Origin: Takakia lepidozioides
Taxonomy: Eukaryota > Plantae > Bryophyta
Reading direction: 5' to 3'
DNA: 64,000 nucleotides
Assembly (NCBI GenBank): GCA_030704615.1
Contig: CM060731.1
Coordinates: 32,178,001 to 32,242,000 of the forward strand
Shown: positions 41,110 to 52,077 of the stretch, one piece after another
Layout: every line of letters begins with the position of its first letter
Numbering within the stretch: the first letter of the stretch is position 1
The notes under the pieces: generated by a model
The model's database searches: none
Seen by the model: the letters and a program-made list of their open reading frames with translations, nothing else
What the model was told of the DNA's origin: nothing
Made by a program: the position numbers and the translations under genes

Positions 41110-42026
41110 GTAAGTACGTAAGTACCATACGACATTTGCCAAGCATTTGCACAAAGAACCTCCCTACTAGACACAGACCTTTCTCACCTTGCAAATACAT
41201 GCAGTGCTGGTCACCACAATCACAACTTGTCTACCTTGCACCACTAGTAGGTAACACCGTTGACTCCCATGTTCTCTACATTTCCATTCTGCTCTTTTGA
41301 TTGATCACTCTCTCTCGTTGTGCCCTATTACATGAGAGAAATGATGTGCTATGTTCTACCAATGTTGGTCATGTAGAGATTTCTTGGTAGGGGGCAGGTG
41401 TGTACACTAGACAATGACATAGCATGTTGATTGTGGGCTAGGTTTGTACAAGTTCTTGTTGTAGATGTGAGAAATTGCTTCAAAACATATGGAGGGACAT
41501 CATGTGACAAATTTGTGTGAATTTGCACTGATTGAGAAGCATGTTCTGCCGGTGTTTGGAATGTTGTGCGAAGTTCTTGAACTTCCATAAGTAATGGAAA
41601 GCCCTGTAAATGAAGCCTGATGACTTCTTTGCGCAACTTTTTTATCAACTCCATGGCCATTTGCAAATTCAGACATCTTTCTATCGAATTCCCCAATCAA
41701 ATCCTCTACTTGGGTTACCACTTCCACATGAATTGAAGCAAATGCCTAACATCTACAATTTTCTTAGATCTCATCTTGCCAAATCTATCCATCCTTCAGA
41801 CAGGTAGCATAATAGAATCAGATTTACCACTGCAACTTGAATGTCTTGGGTTGACAGCTCATCTGTCTGTTTGTCTAGGGTTATGAGTTCCCCCTATGGA
41901 GCATGCACCTCATCATCTGCTCCACTCACATCCATGTGTGAACCATAGAAGCACTTTCATGTGCATAAGGAAAAGCACTTGTCTCCAAGTCAGTCGTGCA
42001 CCCAATGTACAAATCTCTCCCACCCT

Positions 42027-42112
42027 CTAATAGGGCCCACCCCCGAAAGGGGGCAGTAGCCGTGAGGCGAAGTGGCTCTTAGTTACGCCATCTTCGGCCG
42101 AAGTCTTCTCTC
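42027..42112 (+). mobile_element. 86-bp retroposed insert (LINE/SINE 3' end) with 13-bp TSD
   Basis: tctctcccaccct at 42014-42026 and 42113-42125; (CT)n tail; GNRA-capped hairpins. Confidence 0.7.
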
Positions 42113-42539
42113 TCTCTCCCACCCTAAACCCTTAAACAAAGGTGTTTGCTCATTGAAGAATAAATACATTTCCACTCTGACTCATTCACCATGGTGACAC
42201 CATAGATGTGTTTTGAAATGTATGTAGATAAGATCACAACATTTGAGTTTGTTTTAGTTTGTTTTAGAGGCAGTAAAAGAGAGGTGTATTAGTGAACCAT
42301 GCCCATATGTTGTGCAAGAATCACTAAGCATTCACTGGTCGTCATGTTCACTAAGAACTTCATAAAACGGAGCACACTATCAAAGCCATGGACTCTGACT
42401 CCGTTGCTTGCACAAGTCCTCCAGAACATCGTTAATGCTTGTAACCTTCCTCTTTTCAAGAAGACGACACACTCTAAGGTCCATTTAAACCCAAAATGTT
42501 ATATTCCCTCAAAAAATAGAGTTCCATATCGAGAGACGC

Positions 42540-43720
42540 ACGCTTGTCTTTGTCGCATTCTCTATGGGGACTGAGAAACCCTACAGGACGAACGATATCT
42601 ATGTGCACAAGCACTTGCGGCGCAAATAGTTCACGATAGTCCACGCCAACCTACTCCATCTATCCACATGTGTCTTCGTAGGAGTCTTATGCTAGGCCGG
42701 GGAGGAGAATATTTTCGTGTAGCCCAATCTCTTGCTCCTCACCCCAGCACTGCCTTTGGCTGATACTTATATCAAAGCTTTAATGGAGAGTCTTTACCCC
42801 ACCGCAGTCGACCTGTCGCGAACAACATCCTCCCCTTCTTTGTGGAGGAATTTGAACCTACAGATGGGGACCTTCAATTAGATCGCAATATTTTTATACG
42901 GACATTCACTCGTAGCTCTCATCTTGCAGCAGTCGGTCCATCTGGATCGGTGTATAAACATCTTTGTGACTGTTTCAATCCACAAAACTCACCGATGGCT
43001 TTTCCCAGTTGTTCCAAGTTTGTTCTTTCATTGCGATTGGACAGTTATCTACCCCAGTAGTTCCTAGAATACAGGTGGGATTTGTCCTATAGCAGTGGGG
43101 GGAGGTTCTGTATTGTTTGGTGAGTGGCTCTATTTGCATCCAATTTCGAGATGTATTTTCTTTTCACTTCTCTCCGCATCAATTTAGGGTCACTACCCTA
43201 GGTGGTTGTGAAGTAGTGGTGCATGACATTCAGGCTTCCCTTTAATTTCATCCAGACTAGGTTGTCCTTCAGGTCGTCACAGACTCTACTGCCTTCCTGG
43301 GTAGCTGGACCTTAGTCGCTCTAGCCTTGGCATCTCAGTTTTTGTGTCAGCAACGACATTTCCTCATGGATGTGGTTGCCCACATCGCCGATGGTTCCTT
43401 AATGCCCTTCCAACAAGTTACATCTTCATTCCGCACGGGATCTCCTCCCAATACAAGCACCAACTTGTCTGCCACCTTCCGAATAGTTGGTCACTTGAGG
43501 CCTGAAGCATTTACATGATACCATCATTGGAACGCGCGCGTCGGCACTCGTTTTCTAGCATGCTTTCCGATGCTCCTTCGGATACACATCGGGCCAAACT
43601 TCTCTCTTCAAGCGCTAGGCCTGGAGCAAGCGTGTGGCTTACGGTACGACCAACTATTGCACCCTTCCCTATGTCATCTGCTATATTTACCACATTCTTT
43701 CGAGTTAGATTTGGTCTTAA
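42540..43720 (+). mobile_element. RLE-type (CRE-like) non-LTR retrotransposon remnant
   Basis: RRSLMLGRGGEY, SSHLAAVGPSG, PHQFRVTTLGGCEVVVH (RT region), AFLGSWTLVA, GASVWLTVRPT..FPMSSAIFTTFFRVRFGL; same family as 11990-12545. Confidence 0.75.
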
Positions 43721-45340
43721 GGCAGGGGTTGACTTCAAGGAAACGTTCAGCCCAGTAATCAAATTCTATTCTATAAGAGTGGTGCTTGCCATAGCGGCTG
43801 TTGAAAGACATTATAAATATCACGCAATTTGACGTGTGTACAACCTTCTTGTACGGTGAGATTGAAGAGGAAATATATATGACCCAGCCCATGGGTTTTG
43901 AGAATCTCGAGGAGGCTGGTAAAGCTTGTAAGCTGCACAAAGCACTATATGGCTTGCGGCAATATTTGTCTAGAGTCCGAAATCGAAAGTTTACTTCATT
44001 CCTCACAGAGTACAATCTGGTGGCATAAGTTGTTGATGGGTGTGTGTATTACATCACCTCTCTTCCATGTATAATTATTACCATCTTTGTAGATGATGGA
44101 AGAACGTGCAGCGTTAAGGATGAACAGATTGAGCACATCCTTTCTTACATGGGAAAAACCTTCCACATTACAACAGGGTATCCGGAGGTTTATGTTGGGC
44201 TGCACATCATGCGAGTGAGAGAAGATCATTTAATTCACATTGATTAGTCCAGGTACATCTGGTCGAAGCTGAAGAAGTATGGTTACGACAATTACATCTC
44301 GGTAGCTAGTATTGACTGATCCAACCACACCGCTCTCGGACAGGTCAAACGGGAGTGGAAGGGAACCCCTTGGATAATTGAGTTTGACATTGCAAAATGT
44401 CACGACACCATCTGTCGTGAAAAGTTAGTGGATATCATGTCGACGATTATTGATGACTATAGGTTCTTCGACACATTGCATGGGATGTTCAATGCGGCCA
44501 AGATAGTAGAAATAGATATTAGAAACCTGGGCATTCCACAAGGAAATACGCTTTCACCTTTGCTATGCAAAACGTCTCCAACCTGTCCAAGCACATAGAG
44601 ATGGAAGCCTGGAGGATTCGAGAAAATTTCCATAAAAGTCCATTATCAGGAGCTTGCAGTTCATTCAATTACTTGGGACACGAGCCGACATCTCATACTC
44701 CGTCGCACTGCATACAGGAAAGTTCGCATCCAACCCTCAGATACCCAATGTCTCAACTTTAATTTGAGGCGCATCATGAAATATTTGCGGGGAACGGCCT
44801 CGATGATGAGCAAGTGGGAGCAGTATGAAGCAGGTGTTGCATGCATATTGTGACATATGGATCTTGATGATAGAAAATCGCGATCCGGATTTGTATTAAT
44901 GCTCAATGGGGAACCAGTCTTGTGGGGGTCTCAAAAGCAGGGGTGCAGTACTGCCGAGAGTACGACTGAATCAGATTACGTTGCAGCGCACTTAACAACA
45001 TAGAAAATTATTTGGATGAGGAGATTGCTTGCTGATCTTGGATACCCCTAGCAGGACCAACATCACTGTATAGTGACAATCAAGCGGCCACCAGACTAGT
45101 AAATATCCAAAATTCCACCGTAGACCCAAGCAGTACATTGACATTGATAAGTATCACATCATTCGTGAGGCGCATGAAAACAAGGAAATTTCTCTTTTCT
45201 ACATCAGTATCAACGATCAGGTAGCCAACCTACTCATCATAGCTCTGCCGCGAAATAAGTTTGAGAGGCTTCGAGGACTACTTGGTATGACCGCTGCAAA
45301 CTAGTTGAATAAATCAATCTCTCTGCGAGTGGGATTATAG
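43721..45340 (+). mobile_element. Ty1/copia RT-RNase H remnant
   Basis: GVDFKETFSPVIK..SIRVVLAIAA, QFDVCTTFLYGEIEEEIYMTQPMGF, KLHKALYGLRQ, IFVDD, TRADISYSV, DDRKSRSGFV, STTESDYVAA, YSDNQAA; purine-rich tract ~45326-45335. Confidence 0.9.
44326..44636 (+). pseudogene. Group II intron RT/maturase fragment inserted within the copia RT
   Basis: Manual translation (not in the ORF track): HTALGQVKREWKGTPWIIEFDIAKCHDTICREKLVDIMSTIIDDYRFFDTLHGMFNAAKIVEIDIRNLGIPQGNTLSPLLC. Confidence 0.8.
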
Positions 45341-46036
45341 GTAGTATTTCACTTTGAGTAAATACGGACGCATCGACATTGACTGCAAGTAGCGGGAAAC
45401 ACCCATGTGGCAAGGGCATCATCATGAACCGGACAAGTGGTTAGTTGTGTAGTATGGCACTTTCCATGCAAATGCTACAAAGCTTCTGTAGCAGAGGCTG
45501 GGTAGCGCGTGAGCAGCACAAGGGCATATTCTCCAAATTTCCGTGAAATTTCCACAACGAAACGAAATTGACGAAACTAATAATTATGCGAAACTAACAC
45601 ATAAAGAACAAGTAGCTCCTATACTTGATGAACATGTTACCCTATAGGCGTGGTTTTTTCTCCGTAATGCACTGCCGTGCGCATCACGATGACGTGGCAG
45701 GTTTTGATTGCGTACGAGGAGGTCTGCTATTTCCTGTAGCATGTGTCCTCCTTTTCATCTCGTATTTTGTGTCATTCGTGTGTCCTTTATGATGTGACAA
45801 GGCTGAAAGACCTACTCAGCAAATCACTTTATGATGCACAGCTCCTGCTATGGCCTGTAGCGGCCGCGCTCCAGTGCGCTACCTAGTACATAACAGGCGC
45901 GAGAGTGGGTGGGGAGGCTTCACCTCAAATTTAAGGTCCTCGCCCATGGATAATTTCGCACGGCGAAACTCTGTACCAACCAACCTGAGAAGAAATCACA
46001 CTGTAGCTGAAAGGATGAATATGTCACTTTTAAAGT

Positions 46037-46567
46037 TGTCGTGCGCATACGTATCGCTACACAACTACATCGTTGTCCAAACTACACCACACATATATGC
46101 ACAATAAAGTAGTCTGCCACAATGATTGAAAACTAGAAACACACTGTTGACACAAGAAACATGAAAACCAACACCATCACTCATCACTCTTTAAAATAGA
46201 AGTCGAGCCAGGGGCACCCCAAGCTATGGGGACTCCACCCCACAACAACCTATTCTCCCTACATAGCACACTCAGATTCTAAAGCGTGAAGGAGCTCGGT
46301 CGTGCAGGCTCAACTCGAGAGAGATGACCTGCGCGACTGACGCTCTCGTGAAGATAAGATGGTTCAGGTGTCAAGCTCAAACTTGACACCTGACTTAATA
46401 CTTGAACTAAATCCAAGTGTTAAATACAAATAACTAGTTTTATTCTAGTTAGTTTCACACTGTGTTTATTTAACTTGACAGCTGTCGTGCGCATACGTAT
46501 CGCTACACAACTACATCGCTGTCCAAACTACACCACACATATATGCACAATAAAGTAGTCTGCCACA
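46037..46567 (-). repeat. 3' LTR region of the gypsy element: two 85-bp TG...CA direct repeats (46037-46121, 46483-46567)
   Basis: The copies differ at one base. A PPT (AGGGGGGCG, 46570-46578, minus) lies next to the inner copy. Confidence 0.75.
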
Positions 46568-46834
46568 ATCGCCCCCCTAGCTGGTGGATAGGTCCCTCTA
46601 ACTCCAGATAGTTACAAGATGTAATAGCCACAGCCGTACTAAGTCCTCTATCACTGTCCCTATTGTACTCAAACTCTATAGACCAAGAGGCCGGGTACAA
46701 GAGTAGCCCCATCGTTAGTCGTCGTCTTGCAATCTGTGAACTTGAGCCAAGATCTCGTGTGTTCAAGGTCTCATAGTAGCTTGGCCTTGCATTTCTTGTT
46801 AGCCTTCCATGGTTGTATCCACTCCCACTATCCA

Positions 46835-46985
46835 ATGCAATGTGGACATAACCAATCCCCATCCGGAACCATCTCAAAGAGGTGGAGTCAAGCATCCCAT
46901 ATGCCAACCTCTAGAGCATCGATCACACACCAGCATGGTGGCTGCCCCTCTAGCAGACCCACACAACATGCACTTCAAACTTGCA
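46835..46985 (-). pseudogene. PHD finger at the integrase C-terminus
   Basis: CMLCGSARGAATMLVCDRCSRGWHMGCLTPPL, then a frameshift, then EMVPDGDWLCPHC (C4HC3). Confidence 0.9.
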
Positions 46986-46999
46986 GATACCACTGTCAG

Positions 47000-48135
47000 G
47001 TTTGGGTCAATCCTGCCATCGACATTTGGAAGGTGACATGGCGCACAATTACGCACATGGTCCTTCCAAGTTATGCCATCCCGACCCTCCAAGATCAAGA
47101 CGCCTGAGGGCAAGACCTCTCAAACCCTCAAAATAACACGTCCTGCAGTCACATCCAAGGTCATAAGAGCAGTCTGCTGCAGATAGACATAGTCACCAGG
47201 ATTGAATCTCCGAACCCCAGGACGAAGCCTCCACCACGTATGGTAGCATACCTCAACGTATCACGATGTTGTGCAATGGCAAGGTTCTCGAAAGCCATTG
47301 GCATGACTTTCTTGAACAACTCTGCACGCTGATCACATGCACGTGCCCACACGTCCGGATCGTCGAGATTAAGAACTGTAGCAGCTTCTCTACGAATGGA
47401 TGTAGGCAAATCCGGCTCTCGGCCAAAGAGAAGAAAGTATGGTGAGAAGGAGGCAAGTGATGCTTGCTTGCTGAACCTGTAGCCCATGGCTAACCAGGGT
47501 AATTGAAGTTCCGAATCTCCTAGGTGTCCCTTCTGCAAGCCATACTTGCGCAAACCCTTCTTTATTGTCTGAACAACTCTCTCTGCCAAGCCATCGGCCT
47601 CAGGATGATCCCGAGAAGTGGTACGGTGGTCTATCAAGGCCTTGTCACACAAAGCCTGAAACTCCCCCAAGAACTCTCTCCCTTGGTCCGTGAGTACCTC
47701 AGCTGGAGCACCAAAGCGGCTAAGTACACAATCCAAGAACGCATACTCGATCCACTTGGAGAAGTGCTCCACCATCACCAAAACGTACTTGTTGTGACGC
47801 ATGGTCAGTGGCAATGGCCCTGCGAAGTCAAGACTCCACCTGTAGCCCAATCCCATGATCGGAAGAGGGTGCAATTGTGGAGTAGGGGCGTTGAATGAAG
47901 CACGCACCCTGTCACACACCATGCACCTAGCCACAAATTGTTGCACCTCTGTGTGCATACCACGCCACCAATACTGCCCCTGCAGTAGACTATGAGTGCG
48001 TCGCACCCCAAAATGCCCCAACTCCTCATGGGCATGCCGCACTAACCGTGCCCGCTGTGTTAGGTGAGGCACAATCCTCACTCAACCATCCTCCCACACT
48101 CGGAGCAGGTGTGTCCCCTCCCACTTGAACCTCTT
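47000..48135 (-). pseudogene. Gypsy integrase
   Basis: HEELGHFG...CMVC zinc domain; WSLDFAGPL, VLTDQGREF, HPEADGLAERVVQTIK, FSPYFLLFGR. Confidence 0.93.
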
Positions 48136-48138
48136 GGC

Positions 48139-49830
48139 TCATTGTAGGATCTGATCCCTCTCCTTGGCAGTCACAGTGGCTGCAGTGTCTCCAGTGCGGA
48201 GGTAGTCCAACACAACTGAATCCTCATGTATATCTTTGGCGCCACCTTGCTCATTGCTGGCCTCAGGGTCCTCAAACACTTGATCTATAGTCATCCCTGT
48301 TGCAGGTCCAACCTGGCCTTCCGCTGCCAAGATACACAGAAATACAGATGCATGCCATCCGGGCACCATCTCCTCGTCCGTCTCACCATGCCACCGAGCT
48401 CCAGTGTCATCCTGTTGGCTCGTGCATGGATTGCGACTCAACCCATCTGCATTGCGATTGACCAAACCCGGTCGGTGCACAACCTGAAAGTCATATTCTT
48501 GGAGGATGAGTGCCCACCGTACAAGCTTCCCCGTAAGCTTGTCTGACTCCATCAACCACTTGAGTGGTTGGTGATCCGTGACAAGGGTGAAGAGATTGCC
48601 GTATAGATAGCACCTGAAGTGTGCCACGGCCCACACTGCAGCTAAGCATTCTCCCTCATATGAGCTATATTTAGACTCTGCAGCATTGTTCGAGCGGCTA
48701 GCATAAGCCACTACGAACTCCCTTCCCTCATCATCCACCTGTGTGAGCACCGCTCCAAGCCCCAACATGCTCCAATCCGTATGCAGCTAAAAAGGACGCC
48801 CCCTGATAGGTCGTCTCAAGACGGGCGCCGAGGTCAACCTTGCCTTGAGCTCTTGAAAAGCTTGTTCTTGCTCATCTTCCCACTGCCACTCCTGGTCCAC
48901 CTTGGTCAGTTTGGTTAGAGCCTTTGCAATGGCACTAAATCCCTTAACAAACCGTCTATAATAGTTTGCTAACCCCATGAAAGCTCGAACTCGGCTCACA
49001 TCTGTGGGGCGTGGAATCTGTGCAATGGACTCTACCTTAGTTTGCTGTACCCCCAATCCTCCAGGATATATCATGTGACCCAGATACTCAATCTGGTTGT
49101 GGAAAAACTTGCACTTTCCCGGATGTAACTTCAATCCGTGCGCCCTCAAGCGCTCAAATACCCCCTGAAGGTGTCTCTCATGCTCCTCCACCGTAGCACT
49201 AAAGATGATGATGTCATCTATGTAGCACTGAGCAAACTCCACCCCTGCTAGAATCCTGTCCATGACTCTCTGAAACTCTGCCGGAGCGTTCTTAAGCCCA
49301 AATGGTAAGAACCGCCACTGGTATAGGCAATCCTTCCCGTGTTCATTGATCCCCCAGAATGTCGTCTTCTGCTTATCTGCCTCCTTGATCGGCAACTGGT
49401 GATATCCGGATCGTAAATCCAAAGTGCTAAAGACCTTGGCATGCCCAATGGCATCAAAGATCTCCTCTGGTGTCGGCATGGCATACCTATCGGACTTGGT
49501 CTGACAATTTACAGGCCGGTAATCACCGCACATACGTCTCTCCGTCCAATTGCCATAGACATCCTTCTTGGCTGGCATCACTGTGGCTGAAGCATACTCT
49601 CCCCCAGATAGCTCCACCAAACCAGCCTCCCAAAGGTCTTGAGTTCTTATCTTATGTGAATCAAGAGCTTTTGGTAACTAAGACTAGTTAGTACTTGCGC
49701 CATGTCACTGTATCTATAGGATCTCCAAAAGATTGGCGTGTCAGTAGCCAATTCAATGCAAATCTCTTGACCCTTCAGTGCTCCTAAGTCCTTCAAACTG
49801 AAGGCAAAGCAGTTTTTGTAAGCCCTCAAG
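48139..49830 (-). pseudogene. Gypsy reverse transcriptase and RNase H
   Basis: RMCGDYRPVN, FSTLDLRSGYHQL, LPFGLKNAPAEFQR, YIDD, EYLGH; RPF*LHTDWS..GLGAVL, YSSYEGECLA, TDHQPL, NADGLSR. Confidence 0.95.
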
Positions 49831-50229
49831 AACCGCCGTATACGTCGTCTCTCTCCTCCGGTGACTATAGGTCCAACATCAGGCTCCCAGTTGTCCTCCG
49901 TGACTACAACCTTGAGTCCAGCAGGCTTAGAGGTAGAAGACTCGTCCCGTGGTTGCTATGCTACAACCTCTTGAGCAGTGACCACTGCCCCCTTTGTCAG
50001 TGACAATGTCTCACCCTGCCCCATCATCCCATCCTTGAGGACCTCCTCAACCCGAGAAAAATTCCCAACCTGATCCATCACTGCCGCCTTGGCTGCCAAC
50101 TCCTTCTGAACCTCGAGCAGCTCCCACGTGTGCCATGGATGCGGCCTACACCTTGTGGTCCTCACCTGCTCGCCCCCACTCGCTGCCTGTACCATCTCGG
50201 TAGGAAGGGAGACCATCATGGGAAGTGTA

Positions 50230-51215
50230 CTCCGTACTCTGCGCTGCTCAGCCATAACCAAGCTGATAATCCAGGTCAAGCAATTGAGATCCATTGCTTG
50301 CCCCAACACCTGACGACGTGATGCCTCAGAAAGAGATGGCACCGCAGTGGTACCAGTGGTAAAACCCATCGCCCGCTTGCGCTCGTCAGCATTGGGCTCC
50401 ACTAATTGTTGCAACTGGCTATCCCACAATAGGCCAGGTCCACCATCCCGAAAAGCATGGGATCCTGGAAGTCTGAGCAGTGTAGGTAATGCTGCTCGTG
50501 GTTGACCCACCCTGTTGACCACTGCCAAAGGCAAACGGTCATCGTGTCTCCCACGTTGAGACTGCCTCCCTGTGTCCAAAATGTTATCCACTGTGAGGTG
50601 TGATGGCCGTTGCACCCCATCAAATGCACGCTTGAGCAGTGCGGGTGGCATCAAGTTAGTCCACCATAGCCGTGGACGATGAGCCCGTGACCCCACTGCA
50701 GCTGCATCCAGCAACACTGCTGACCCAAGCCACGACCGGACTTGATGCACACTGGCCATCACCCTGGCCCGAGAATCACCCATCAGTGGCACATTCTCCA
50801 AGATGTATGCTGGAGATACAGCTTGATGAAGCTGCAAGTGGCGCAAAATCCGCACCATCTCCCAAAACAGACCCGTCCTCGAGTCTCGCAATCCATTGTC
50901 ATGCCCGGCTGATGAATGCCCTTGGCAGGGCCAACCTGCCACTACCATATCAATGGAGCCAACTTGCTCCAAATCCTGCGCCCCCAGCAACGAAATGTCT
51001 GCTGGCAAGGCTTGTTGGTATCCACGAACTGCAGACACTGACAACAAATCAGGGTACTGCTATATCAACTGAGCAACATGGCGCAGTGAGACGTGTCGTG
51101 CAGTCTCATCCCTCTCCACATACAGGTAACGTCGAACTCGTACACCTGCCTGCAGTATTGCAGCCAATCCAATGCTGATCCCGCCAAACAAGTCCAGAAG
51201 GCATATGCCTTCATC
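50230..51215 (-). pseudogene. DNMT3-like C5 cytosine DNA methyltransferase domain within Pol
   Basis: Motifs in canonical order: I LLDLFGGISIG, II YLYVERD, IV DMVVAGWPCQGHS, GLRDSRTGLFWEMVRIL, VI YILENV, VIII DAAAVGSRAHRPRLWWTNL, IX ERKRAMGF, X RRQVLGQAMD. One in-frame TAG at 51060-51062. Confidence 0.92.
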
Positions 51216-51569
51216 CGGGCACTGCCACACAAGAGGTGTGGTGTCCAATGGCGACAACTGAGGTTGTCCTCGTGCAATCACCGCACTCTCCTCTTCTCCT
51301 GACGGTACGAAGGCCTCTACCCAGGCTTGTTGTACCCGTCCATCAGCAGCCTACTGCAAATCCTTGCTCGTACCCCACAATGGAGTGTGAGCAACCATGG
51401 CAGACAACTCCGCCGTACCATGCATGTCATCCTGCTTTGCTGGAGGTGGCACATCCTCTGCATGGGCATTGCCTTCCAGCAACTCTCCAGGCCAACTAAC
51501 TGCAGCTGTAAAAGCGGCTAGTGTTGGCATCTTGCCCCACTGCGCAACCGCAATACCCCCAATGAAATG

Positions 51570-52059
51570 TCACATGGAGCTGTGCACGACGACCATCCCC
51601 TGACTGCCATCCAGGCCTGTAGGATGTTGACTCCTCCCAAAAGTCCAGGGTGAAACCCATGGGATATAACACTACCCCACCAACAAGAACATCGTAAGAG
51701 ACCGCGTCTGTCACAATGGCCTTGGCTCGCATCACCGAGCCATCTATAGGATGATCCGGCTGCAGTCTAATGGCCAACTCACGCCGTGTCATGCCCCGAG
51801 CCTACTCTGATCCTCCCAGAGATGTCTGTATCTGGAAATGACAAGGCTCCATATCCGCCTCCATGAGGCCCAAACCTGCAATAGCAGCTCTGCCCAACAT
51901 CAGTGGCTGAGCTCCCGAGTCCAACAAGACCCGCAGTGGCCGGTACTTCTTGCCTGCCGGTCCACTCAAAGAGAAAGTGCCATCCCGGTTGTCTAACAAG
52001 ACAACTCCAGGTGTCACCATGGCGCGCTCAAAGGCTGGCCTAGCTGGCAGCTCCGTCAA
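51570..52059 (-). pseudogene. Retropepsin aspartic protease
   Basis: VLLDSGAQPLML ... YDVLVGG..L..MGFTLDF. Confidence 0.85.
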
Positions 52060-52077
52060 CCTGGCAGCTGCAGCTTG

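Noticed and set aside
41349-41800. Coiled-coil-like ORF fragments
   Set aside because: Frameshifted and not assignable to a family
42035-42085. Hammerhead ribozyme
   Set aside because: A stem followed by GAA is present, but the CUGANGA core is absent
46037-46567. Independent TRIM element
   Set aside because: No internal PBS or PPT and no TSD; the PPT lies outside, on the gypsy side
51060-51062. Programmed stop-codon readthrough or RNA editing in the MTase
   Set aside because: Similar stops and frameshifts occur throughout the element, so mutational decay is the simpler explanation
49956-51281. Bacterial restriction-modification methyltransferase or host DNMT gene
   Set aside because: Intronless and in frame with gypsy Pol, with DNMT3-type motifs and no restriction enzyme nearby
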